NCBI GenBank assembly: GCA_964276515.1
Contig: OZ193910.1
Coordinates: 496,001-560,000 of the forward strand
From: Gordius albopunctatus
Lineage: Eukaryota
Direction: 5' to 3'
DNA length: 64,000 nt
Under the pieces are notes generated by a model. That model made no database searches. It had not been told where the DNA came from and saw only the letters and a list, made by a program, of their open reading frames with translations. A program made the position numbers and the translations under genes. Shown here piece by piece: positions 12,422 to 24,300 of this stretch; within the stretch, counting starts at the first letter, position 1, and the number at the start of each line of letters is the position of its first letter.

Positions 12422-13013
12422 TTCTTTATAGACTTTTGTTATTAAGCTATTATTTCAATTGATGCTAACAGGAGAGAGTGAAGAATTAAATTGGCTAGGA
12501 ACTGTCCACCAAATTAGTTCCTAAGTAAAAGTATTTAGAATATTTTTTATATTTATATAATGAGAATTATTTATATTAGTTCCTTAATGTTAAAATAGTA
12601 GCCATGGACGTAACCAGGGAGGGGGGCAGGAAAGGGGGGCTGCCCCCCTCTAGAACCAATAATTTGTTGGAATTTATTAAAACTATGGCTAAAAATTTCA
12701 AAAAAATATTTATTTTGTCCCTCCATAAATCATTATCGCCCCCTCTATTTCTAATGCTGAATACGCCCACGAGAATTGTACCAAAATTTTGAATTTCAGT
12801 CTCTCAACGCTAAATTTTTTTTTTGCGATACATCAATTTAGAAATAATTTTTTATGATTTTGCCTACGAAATAACAAAATCTTGATGACTTTTATGTACC
12901 TCAATAGTATTTAAAAAATCATTTGTCCGCTTCAAGTGCTGTTTAATTGTTATCAAAACCCGACGCTTTTAAAAATTTAAAAAACAAAATTTTAATTTAT
13001 TATTATTGATAAT

Positions 13014-16000
13014 TTTTTTTCCTATAGCTGCTTGTCACATTTAGTGGTCAGCTCCTTCAAGTAGGTTCTCCATGTATTCCTGCACTTACAGCAGCTTCGC
13101 TTTAGCTCGTACCTTCTCAAGTCCATACCTATTTTATGCTTCCATGTCAGTTTAGGTCTCACTCTTTTTCGCTTACCTTCGACTTGCACTTTCTTGATAT
13201 GATTTTCCAAGTGACTTTCCTCCCGTTTCTCCAAATGGCCATACCATCTCAATCTTCTTACCACAAACTTTCTCTGAATTGGAACTACATTTAGTTTATC
13301 CCTTATGTCTTGATTCCTTATATGGTCCTTTTTTCTTATTCCCCAGATCCATCTTAACATTCGCATCTCCAGTGTAGCCAAGATTTGCTCCTCTTATGCC
13401 CTAATTGTTCAGGTTTTGGATACATACAATACCGTGGGTACAATAACGGTGTTATATAACCGTCCTTTCAATTTGAGTGGTATGTGCTTGTCACATAGGA
13501 CACCACTCAACTCCATGAATTTTAGCCAGCCCGCGTTTATTCTTGCCTTAATTTCGTTTTCCACACCTCCATCATATTGTACCCTTGAACCAAGATATTT
13601 GAATTCTTTCCTGCTACTTAAACACCAGTCATCGATTTGCAGGTGTGTTTCTTTGTATTCATTCCCCGACTCCAAACATACATATTCAGTTTTATCTCGA
13701 CTGACCCTAAGGCCTTTGCTTTCAATTCGTTCCATACACACTTTTACCTGCTCTGCTAATTCCACGTTGGAGCCTGCGCACAGGACGATATCATCCTCAA
13801 AGAGCATTGCCCAAAGTGATTCGCGTTTCAGGTCCTTCGTTATCGAATCCATTATCGTTATGAAGAGCAATGGACTTAGGGCCGATCCTTGATGCACACC
13901 GACATTTAGACTGAATCCACTGTATGTCCGAACTTTGATTTTTGCGTTTCTATACATATCCTTTATTAAAATTATATAAGCGTCAGGTACACGATTGGAA
14001 CTCAGGCTATCCCATATCAACTGCCTTGGCACTTTATCGAAAGCTTTCTCAAGATCGATGAAACACATATGAAGATCCTTTTGTTTTTCCTTATATACTT
14101 CCATAAGTCTCCTAAGACCATTTATTGCATCTGAAGTTGACTTTCCAGTCATGAACCTAAATTGTCGTTCATCTATTGATATTATTTTTCGGAGTCTAGC
14201 TTCTATAACCTTTTCCCACACCTTCCTTACGTGACTCGTTAACTTTATCCCTCGATATTTGCTGCATTTTTGTACATCTCCCTTCAATTTATAAATAGGT
14301 ATTACATAGCTTTACCTCCACTCATCCGGCATCATACCACTTGCAAGTATTTTGTTAAACAGCTTTGCAAGTAGATGTACACCTAAGGGCCCTAGCATTT
14401 TAAAAGCTTCCATAGGTATATTATCAGGTCCGACCGCTCTGCCCATGGTCATCTTTTTAAGCACCTGGTAAACCTCTTCTTCTATCACTTCTAACTCTGG
14501 GTCATATTCATAGGTCTTGCTTTCGTAGTGGTCCGAAAACACATTTGCACTGTTCAATAATTCTTTATAGTATTCTTCCCAACGATCTATGATTTGATGG
14601 TCCAGAGTTAGACTGATCCTTTCCTTGCTCTTTATAGATTTCAAGTTCGTTTACCACACATCCTTTGAGTTCCTTGCTCTGGTCTTTGCGATTTTGTAGA
14701 TCATTCTTTCCCCTTCTTTATTGGTTAATTTGGCATTCAAATTTTCGTAGATCGAGGTTTTAGACGAGGCTACTGTTGAAGGCTGGATTTTTATTCCCAT
14801 AAACTATTAGGACTGGGATACAATAATCGAAAAGTGACTCTAACGTGTATATCAAACGCATATATAAGTTACAACCAATTAACGATAATTTGATCGACAA
14901 CACACAGGTAAATAACGTATCCCGGGAGGCACTTCGCACTCATATTACCTCTCTACAGCTACACAACGTTTTGCCTCGTTTTTATCTTTCGCATATGCCA
15001 ATCGTGTTTCTTCATTTCTGTTGCATGACCGTAATTTGTAAAGCTTTCTTTTCAACTTAACCAGGCGTTGCACGTCTTCGTTCCACCACCATGTCTCCTC
15101 ATCTTTTTGTATACCTGGTTTACCTTCTCCTAGAACACATCTCGCTACTGATTGTACCGTGTTAGCTATGTTATTCCACATATCGTTAGTATACTGCTGA
15201 TCATCTATTTGCAGCCTTTCAACTATTTGGTCATTGTAAATATCTTTCAATTTTGGTAGTCGGAACCATTTTATTTTCCCATTTAATCTCTTCGGCTTTT
15301 GTGTTTTAGCCTTGGAGATGGTATAGTCCATCACAACAGGTCTATGCTGGGCTGCAATAGCTTCACCTGGTATCACCTTACAATCTCGTACAATCTTTAT
15401 TTCCTTTCTTGATATTAGGAGGATGTCAATCTGCGAAGATCGATTTCCACTTTTGTACGTTATTAGGTGATTTACATTCTTTTTGAAGAAGGTGTTTGTG
15501 ATGGCCAAATAAAATGCTACGGCTATTTTCAATATTTCGTCGCCTTCATCGTTTCTTGCTCCGTATCCATTTCCACCATGGTACCGTTCAAATCCTCCTC
15601 TTGTTTTGCCTACGTGACCATTCATATCCGCTCCAATTATAACTATCTCAGCTCTTGGTATCATTCGCAGCGTTTCGTCTAATTCTTCCCAAAAGTCCTC
15701 CTTTTCTTCATATGTGCATCCTGTTTGTGGAGCATATCCGGAAACTACATTAATGATTTGACCTTCTATGCATAGTTTCAACATCATGAGTAGCCTACTT
15801 TTTTTTGTACCTCAATGACTTTATCTTGCAGGTGGGAAGCTAATATGATTGCCACGTCATTTTTATTCGTTTCTACGCCATTGAAGTAAAGTTTATAGCT
15901 TTCACCTATCATCCTTGCTTTTGCGCTTTTCAATCTTGTTTCCTGTATACACGCTATATCGACTCGTCACTTTCTGAGGGTGTCAGCAACTTCTCGGCAT

Positions 16001-16565
16001 TTTGCAGTCATCGTTCCAACATTTAGTGAGCCCACTCTCAATCTCGTCCTTAGCAAACTAGTTTCTTTAACTACATCCGTTTGCGGAAGATGTAGCGACC
16101 CTCTTTGACTTTTCACGTGATACGGGCGCCTACGATGCGCATCGTTTACGGAGGACGCCCTAGCGCTTTCATTACTTTCATTATTACGAACTTTCATAGC
16201 ATACATTTTGGTTTATATGGAATGAGGGAGTATTGATATTCCGGCCTTCCAAGCCTGACGGAAATATGTTAGATTTTGGTGCTTGACTAACTACTATTCT
16301 TTATGATGCCGTCATTTTGGTTAATTAAAATTTTCCTTAGACCACTCGAATTGATAGGCTTAATCTAGCACTTCCATTTCACTAGTACTCCCTCAAAAAG
16401 CCCAGAAATTTTAGTCTGACCCTTCACCAAGAACCTTGCCAATAGGGTGACCCCACCAGTAAAAAACACAAAAATTGTGTTTGGCTACCAAAGGTATAGC
16501 TTCTCGGATCACGAGAGTGTACACAAACTCAACCACCACTACAAGGTATTTCTGGCTCGGTTGAG
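13014..16565 (-). mobile_element. Full-length, inactivated RTE-clade LINE (5'UTR, APE, RT)
   Basis: ORF pieces 15967-16206 (GSLNVGTM), 14945-15787 (YAPQ, ADMNGHVG, SQID), 14312-14644, 13409-14287 and 13022-13381. Flanked by a 21-bp TSD with one mismatch at 12993-13013 and 16566-16586. Confidence 0.93.
14774..14957 (-). mobile_element. Solo LTR (184 bp) inside the RTE
   Basis: TG...CA ends, 5-bp TSD GCTAC at 14769-14773 and 14958-14962, and AATAAA near the minus-strand 3' end. Excision restores the RTE frame KRCVA-SSKTSIY. Confidence 0.88.
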
Positions 16566-16586
16566 TAATTTTTTATTATTGATAAT

Positions 16587-17291
16587 AAGAAAAGAAAACA
16601 GAATACATGAAGACAAAGTTTAAATCGGATGAAAACCAGCAAAGTGCATCCCTTACTTTAGGCGATTGGCAACTTACAAGCGTGGATTCCTTCAAATATT
16701 TAGGATCAACACTTCAATCGGATGGTGGAATGGATAAAGAAATTCAAGCAAGGATAAATTCAGGATGGCTCAAGTGGAGGGACTTGACAGGTGTTCTGTG
16801 TGACAAAAACATCCCGAGAAGACTAAAAGGCGCACTGTATAAATCCATCATACAGCCAACAGTCCTGCATAGCTCGGAATCATGGGCTATACGTAAAAGA
16901 GAAGAACAACGTCTTGGGGTCATCGAGATGAGAATGCTAAGATGGGTGCTAGGAGTAAGCAAAAAGGACCATAGGCGAAATTAAGAAATAAGAAGAATTC
17001 TGGGTACTACATCAATTGCGACAAAGCTCCTAACAAATAGACTAAGATGATATGGCCATGTCGAAAGAAGGGACGATAGCTACGTAGGAAAGAAAATCGA
17101 GTTGATAAATTTCGCAGAAAAACGAAGGAGAGGAAGACCCAAGCTTACCTGGATTCATAAAATACGGCATGATATGAAAGTTCACAAGATAAAGAAAGAT
17201 CTATGTAAACATAGAAACAGATGGAAACGAATGCTGAAAGGACTGACCACCAGCCTAGGTGACAAGCAGTCATAGAAAGAAGAAGAAGAAG
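16587..17291 (+). mobile_element. 5'-truncated RTE LINE (RT C-terminus and 3' tail)
   Basis: ORF 16607-16984 (FKYLGS, LCDKNIP, EMRMLRW) ending in a (GAA)n tail at about 17275-17291. Confidence 0.9.
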
Positions 17292-18197
17292 GCTAAAAAT
17301 GTAATTTAAAAAATGACATTTAACTCTAATAAACTTAAAAATATAATGTTAATAACTTCTCATGCACAATTTATGATCAATCAGGAGTGGTTACATTTTA
17401 ATTGGGATAATTTTTATCAAAATCACAAAGCGTTTGATTATGGGCTAGACCTAGAGTCAAAGGGGTAATTTTATAAATTTTAATTTGTTAGTTATATACT
17501 AATTTTATATCGATGGCGCGACCCATGGAGACCTTCTTCTATCAACGCTTATAATATTTTAGTTTTGATTTAACATCATGTAAAATTATAAATCATTTAT
17601 TTATGGGCTTGCTGACTTAATGTATAATATAACTTGATCTATTAAGTATCTTAAAAATTTTAATTAGGTTCCATTTTTGGCTCCGATCTTGGGCAAAGTG
17701 GGACCCAAGTGCCGCTAATTTCTCCTAAAAATTAACTGTATATCATTAACATTTGTTCAAAAGTTTTTGCTTCGAGCATTCCAATAGTTTGTTAAATAAA
17801 CCCACGTCTATCACTTAAACAGACGATAAATATTGGTCAAGTTTAAAATATTTTCCCTCCTTTTATATGATTTCATAGCTGGAGCGTTATCTTATCATAT
17901 TATTTAAATAAAACTGATTATGAAATCACTAATTTGAACACGCAAACTAGCATCGATAATTAAAATATATAATATAATAATTGAATTGATTTAAAAAATA
18001 AATTATGCATAACGCAAAAGGGCTTCTCGTAATAATCGATATTCGAGGGATAGTATTTTTAAGGGACCCGCTGGCAGGCTTATTTGGCCTCCCTTAAAAT
18101 AGCATAAAAAGGAGAAATATGTAGTTTAACCTTGTGTAAAATATTTTTTATAATAATAAAACTCACCAAACACTTTTCTCGCAATCCTTTCTCTGCG

Positions 18198-19526
18198 ATG
18201 AACATCGAGATTTTGAAAAATATTTCAGGTTATTTTATCGTGCAATCCGAACTCATTGGTTATTGCTACATAACATCTATTCTTTTAATTTTGGGTGTTG
18301 TAGGAAATATTATTATGTTTTTAAGTTTTAGAACATCTAAGTGTAAACCCCAGAACAATCAACCCTATTGTATAATAACGGTTCCCGATATATCAAGTAT
18401 AAAATCTTGTACGCCATGTACATCGTATCATAAACGTAATTTGCTGTTATTTTGTGTTAAAAAATATATACACAATATATTTTTGTGTCGTAGTACTTTG
18501 AATAGAGTGTCTCCTCATTGCACACATGTGTCAGCCAGGCCTCAAATGTCTATTCCTTCTCTAATGCCAGAAATGCTTAATCCTACGCCCATAACACATA
18601 CAAGACGAGTTAACAAAAATGAATCTCTCACAGTTTTCTACTCGAGAATATTAGCCTTAAATAATCTTGTCTTTTCTCTAACTCTAATACCTTGGCCAAT
18701 TCTATATTATTGGGGAGCGTTAAATCAAAAATCATATTGGCGTTCCTTTAGCTACATCTTTTTTGTAAGTTATTTAGAGTTTCCCCTTCGCAATTTTTTG
18801 GGTAAAGCCTCTCTCAATATAACACTTCTTATGACGATAGATAGATTTATAGCTTTAGTGTTTCCTCTACGTTATCGAACCCTTTGTACTTCTGCAAGAA
18901 GTAAAATTGTAACTGGATTACTTTTTTCCTTTGTTTTTCTAATGACCACCAGCGCAGGTTTTTGGTTTAAGATAATGTACACCCCTGCAATTACTATGAA
19001 ATCTTATAAAACCTTACAAAACGTAAGTCATAGCTCTTATATAATGGTACCAAATCTAAAGGTCTCAAACAGTAATGCTTTCGTGAAATTTCAAATGGTT
19101 CGCGAACTTTTATTAGTTGAAATTCCACTAGCATTAATTGTATTCCTTAGCTATTTTATCATCATCAAGCATAGGTCTTACCTTCGAGCTAAGAGAGCAA
19201 TGAAAAAAAGAGGCACGAATCCAACTGAGACGCAGGGAACAGAAAATAATATGAAAAATTCTCCTAAGTTGACTTCGGAAGAGAATAAAGCAACGATCAT
19301 TCAAATTATGATAGTTATACAATGTGTATTTTGCGAGGGACCATTAGCTATAGTAACTAATCTCTACGCCAAATATATGTGCAAAAGTCTGGATATATTA
19401 CACTGCAATTTTAGAAACTATTTGGTATTGGTCAATGTATTGAGCTTAGCTAATTGTTGTATTACTTTTTACGTATTTGTAATTTTTAGTCAAACTTACA
19501 GGAACCGTCTAAGACAGATGCTTTAA
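18198..19526 (+). CDS. Class A (rhodopsin-like) GPCR, peptide-receptor-like, apparently intronless
   Basis: Seven hydrophobic segments: TM1 GVVGN, TM2 LALNN, TM3 IDRFIALVFP, TM6 FCEGP, TM7 NCCITFYVF. First in-frame ATG at 18198 (the track starts at a TTG). Confidence 0.88.
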   Translation: MNIEILKNISGYFIVQSELIGYCYITSILLILGVVGNIIMFLSFRTSKCKPQNNQPYCIITVPDISSIKSCTPCTSYHKRNLLLFCVKKYIHNIFLCRSTLNRVSPHCTHVSARPQMSIPSLMPEMLNPTPITHTRRVNKNESLTVFYSRILALNNLVFSLTLIPWPILYYWGALNQKSYWRSFSYIFFVSYLEFPLRNFLGKASLNITLLMTIDRFIALVFPLRYRTLCTSARSKIVTGLLFSFVFLMTTSAGFWFKIMYTPAITMKSYKTLQNVSHSSYIMVPNLKVSNSNAFVKFQMVRELLLVEIPLALIVFLSYFIIIKHRSYLRAKRAMKKRGTNPTETQGTENNMKNSPKLTSEENKATIIQIMIVIQCVFCEGPLAIVTNLYAKYMCKSLDILHCNFRNYLVLVNVLSLANCCITFYVFVIFSQTYRNRLRQML

Positions 19527-21300
19527 ATCATTTGTTTTGTTTAAATTATACTACACACGTTTACAAAGATAAAATCACAGCTGAAATCATATGCATAGTC
19601 TAATAATTTAATATAAAGTACAAATGAATAAAATCCTTTGACCCTAGATCATTTCGGTATGATTTGATAGCTGACTTGTTTACATAAATATATTTTGGAA
19701 TAAAGAATATTGCATTAAATTAAATAGAGTACCAATTTAATTATGGTTGGGAACTGTGTTAATATAAAATAATTTTATACTTATTTTGGAATTGAAAGGA
19801 TTACAATATTTCAAATAAAGAGCATTTTACTAATAATAAATATACTTTTGTCAAACTCTTTTTATCTGTCGATCACTATGCATTTAAATTTACTTAAAGA
19901 TATAAGTTAAGCCTTAGGTAATTCTCACTTTAATTAAAAGGTATAATTACTCTAATCCATTGGAGATTTAATAATAATTAAAACTATACCAATCATAACT
20001 CGTAAATAGTTTTAAATGTGTCACAATTATCTTACAACTTAGTGATTTGCTAATTACGTTTGACATATGCATTAGTAATATATTTTGTGATAGAAATGAT
20101 AATTAAATTGTAGAAGATGGAAAGCAGGGTAGCTTTAAGGCCATTAGTTTTATAATTAAAATCAGAATTATCTATTCATTCTAAAACTTTCCAAAAACAT
20201 GCTTTTATCTATTCAAGGACGCGAGTAAAAATTAATTATACACATTGAGACTATTGATCAATTAAGAGGCATCTGTTTAGTAATTATTTTTATAATTCTG
20301 AATCACCTCCCCCTTGTGATAAAGATGGTAATAAAGGGGGGGGGGGGTCAAATTACCTCCCTCCTCTAGGTGAGGTGAGAAAGAGCGTAAAAATAAGGGG
20401 GGGGGGCGAAGTTTTTAATTTATTTAGAAAAAATTGTATACCAATTAAAATATTATTTATAAAATGTAAGCGCAAAATAAATTAATATCACAAATTATGA
20501 ATTTATATTACTGAGAATTTTAGCAAAAATACTGATCATTATTAATTTAAAGCTGAGGATTTTAAAGTTAATTTACTGATCAATTTTGAGTTTTGAACTG
20601 GGCACTTTAATAAAATACTGAGTACATTTTACTGAACATTTTTTAATTTATGACTGTGCATTTAAATACCATCCTTTTTTAATTATGATGTTTTTCGAGA
20701 TTTGGTCACGTCACGTTATATAGATTTAGTAAATAAAATAAAATTGCTTAAAATGTTTATCTCGATTGATTTAAATATGAAGTTTATGCTGCTTATTTGA
20801 GGAATTCTTAATTAAGATATAAAAATAGTAAATTTATTTTTGGTGACGCCAGGCCGTCTTACTATTTATACAATCTAAAATACATAAAATTCATACAATT
20901 ATCCCTCTTTGTCCATAAAAGAACTATTAAAAAATACAAGGTGTGTTTATCACAGAATACCATAGATAGGTAGGGAATTTGAAAAATGTGTTATAAAAAT
21001 ATAACACAATGTAGATGGCAGCATATTTTTAAATACTCATGCATTTATTCTATCAAACAAAATGATAATTTATTAGAGAGTAAAAATTTATAGATTATAT
21101 ACGTCATTTGCTATTAAAATAAATTTATTTGAACTATTTTTATTAGTTATATAGATTTTTAGGGTTAGGAATAAAGTTATTTTCAAATTTATAATATTTA
21201 CCAAAATGTTATTGTCATGTTTAGGATTTTTAGGGTTAGAAACTGTTATTTTCTATATTATAAAAGATCAGCACAGTCTGCAGCAACATCTGACTTTTTT

Positions 21301-24300
21301 GGGGCGTCCTCCTCCTCCTTGTCATTTTCGCAAGTTGTGTGGCGTCTTCCTCCTCCCTTGTCATTTTTGTCTTGTATCTAGGTGCCATCTTTCCTATTAA
21401 CACACTTTTATTTCAATTATATATAGCGTAATCATACGATTGGGGCGTCCTCCTCCTCCTTGTCATTTTCCCAAGTTGTAGGGCGTCTTCCTCCTCCCTT
21501 GTCATTTTTGTCTTTTATCTAGGTGCCATCCTTCCTATTAACACACTTTTATTTCAATTATATATAGCGTAATCATACGATTGGGGCGTCCTCCTCCTCC
21601 TTGTCATTTTTGCAAGTTGTGTGGCGTCTTCCTCCTCCCTTGTCATTTTTGTCTTTTATCTAGGTGCCATCTTTCCTATTAACACACTTTAATTTCAATT
21701 ATATATAGCGTATCATACGATTGGGGCGTCCTCCTCCCATTTGTCATTTTCGCAAGTTGTGTGGCGTCTTCCTCCTCCCTTGTCATTTTTGTCTTGTATC
21801 TAGGTGCCATCCTTCCTATTAACACACTTTTATTTCACTTATATATAGCGTAATCATACGATTGGGGCGCCTTCCTCCTCCTTGCCATTTTCGCAAGTTG
21901 TGTGGCGTCTTCCTCCTCCCTTGTCATTTTTGTCTTTTATCTAGGTGCCATCTTTCCTATTAACACACTTTTATTTCAATTATATATAGCGTAATCATAT
22001 GATTGGGGCGTCCTCCTCCTCCTTGTCATTTTCGCAAGTTGTGTGGCGTCTTCCTCCTCTCTTGTCATTTTTGTCTTGTATCTAGGTGCCATATTTCCTA
22101 TTAACACACTTTTATTTCAATTATATATAGCGTAATCATACGATTGGGGCGTCCTCCTCCTCCTTGTCATTTTTGCAAGTTGTGTGGCGTCTTCCTCCTC
22201 CCTTGTCATTTTTGTCTTTTATCTAGGTGCCATCTTTCCTATTAACACACTTTAATTTCAATTATATATAGCGTATCATACGATTGGGGCGTCCTCCTCC
22301 CATTTGTCATTTTCGCAAGTTGTGTGGCGTCTTCCTCCTCCCTTGTCATTTTTGTCTTGTATCTAGGTGCCATCCTTCCTATTAACACACTTTTATTTCA
22401 CTTATATATAGCGTAATCATACGATTGGGGCGCCTTCCTCCTCCTTGCCATTTTCGCAAGTTGTGTGGCGTCTTCCTCCTCCCTTGTCATTTTTGTCTTT
22501 TATCTAGGTGCCATCTTTCCTATTAACACACTTTTATTTCAATTATATATAGCGTAATCATATGATTGGGGCGTCCTCCTCCTCCTTGTCATTTTCGCAA
22601 GTTGTGTGGCGTCTTCCTCCTCTCTTGTCATTTTTGTCTTCTATCTAGGTGCCATATTTCCTATTAACACACTTTTATTTCAATTATATATAGCGTAATC
22701 ATACGATTGGGGCGTCCTCCTCCTCCTTGTCATTTTCGCAAGTTGTAGGGCGTCTTCCTCCTCCCTTGTCATTTTTGTTATGTATCTAGGTGCCATCCTT
22801 CCTATTAACACACTTTTATTTCAATTATATATAGCGTAATCATACGATTGGGGCGCCTTTCTCCTCCTTGTCATTTTCGCAAGTTGTGTGGCGTCTTCCT
22901 CCTCCCTTGTCATTTTTGTCTTTTATCTAGGTGCCATCTTTCCTATTAACACACTTTTATTTCAATTATATATAGCGTAATCATACGATTGGGGCGTCCT
23001 CCTCCTCCTTGTCATTTTTGCAAGTTGTGTGGCGTCTTCCTCCTCCCTTGTCATTTTTGTATTTTATCTAGGTGCCATCTTTCCTATTAACACACTTTTA
23101 TTTCAATTATATATAGCGTAATCATACGATTGGGGCGTCCTCCTCCTCCTTGTCATTTTCGCAAGTTGTGTGGCGTCTTCCTCCTCCCTTGTCATTTTTG
23201 TCTTTTATCTAGGTGCCATCCTTCCTATTAACACACTTTTATTTAAATTATATATAGCGTAATCATATGATTGGGGCGTCCTCCTCCTCCTTGTCATTTT
23301 CGCAAGTTGTGTGGCGTCTTCCTCCTCTCTTGTCATTTTTGTCTTCTATCTAGGTGCCATATTTCCTATTAACACACTTTTATTTCAATTATATATAGCG
23401 TAATCATACGATTGGGGCGTCCTCCTCCTCCTTGTCATTTTCGCAAGTTGTGCGGCGTCTTCCTCCTCCCTTGTCATTTTTGTCTTTTATCTATGTGCCA
23501 TCCTTCCTATTAACACACTTTTATTTCAATTATATATAGCGTAATCATACGATTGGGGCGTCCTCCTCCTCCTTGTCATTTTCGCAAGTTGTGTGGCGTC
23601 TTCCTCCTCCCTTGTCATTTTTGTCTTTTATCTAGGTGCCATCCTTCCTATTAACACACTTTTATTTCAATTATATATAGCGTAATCATAAGATTGGGGC
23701 GTCCTCCTCCTCCTTGTCATTTTCGCAAGTTGTGTGGCGTCTTCCTCCTCCCTTGTCATTTTTGTCTTTTATCTAGGTGCCATCCTTCCTATTAACACAC
23801 TTTTATTTAAATTATATATAGCGTAATCATACTATTAAGGCGTCTTCCTCCTCCTTGTCATTTTCGCAAGTTGTGTGGCGTCTTCCTCCTCCCTTGTCAT
23901 TTTTGTCTTTTATCTAGGTGCCATCCTTCCTATTAACACACTTTTATTTAAATTATATATAGCGTAATCATACTATTAAGGCGTCTTCCTCCTCCTTGTC
24001 ATTTTCGCAAGTTGTGTGGCGTCTTCCTCCTCCCTTGTCATTTTTGTCTTGTATCTAGGTGCCATCCTTCCTATTAACACACTTTTATTTAAATTATATA
24101 TAGCGTAATCATACTATTGGGGCGTCCTCCTCCTCCTTGTCATTTTTGCAAGTTGTGTGGCGTCTTCCTCCTCCCTTGTCATTTTTGTCTTGTATCTAGG
24201 TGCCATCCTTCCTATTAACACACTTTTATTTCAATTATATATAGCGTAATCATACGATTGGGGCGTCCTCCTCCTCCTTGTCATTTTCCCAAGTTGTAGG

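Noticed and set aside
21154..21243. TTAGGGTTAG motifs as telomeric repeats
   Set aside because: Only two short isolated copies within a local direct repeat.
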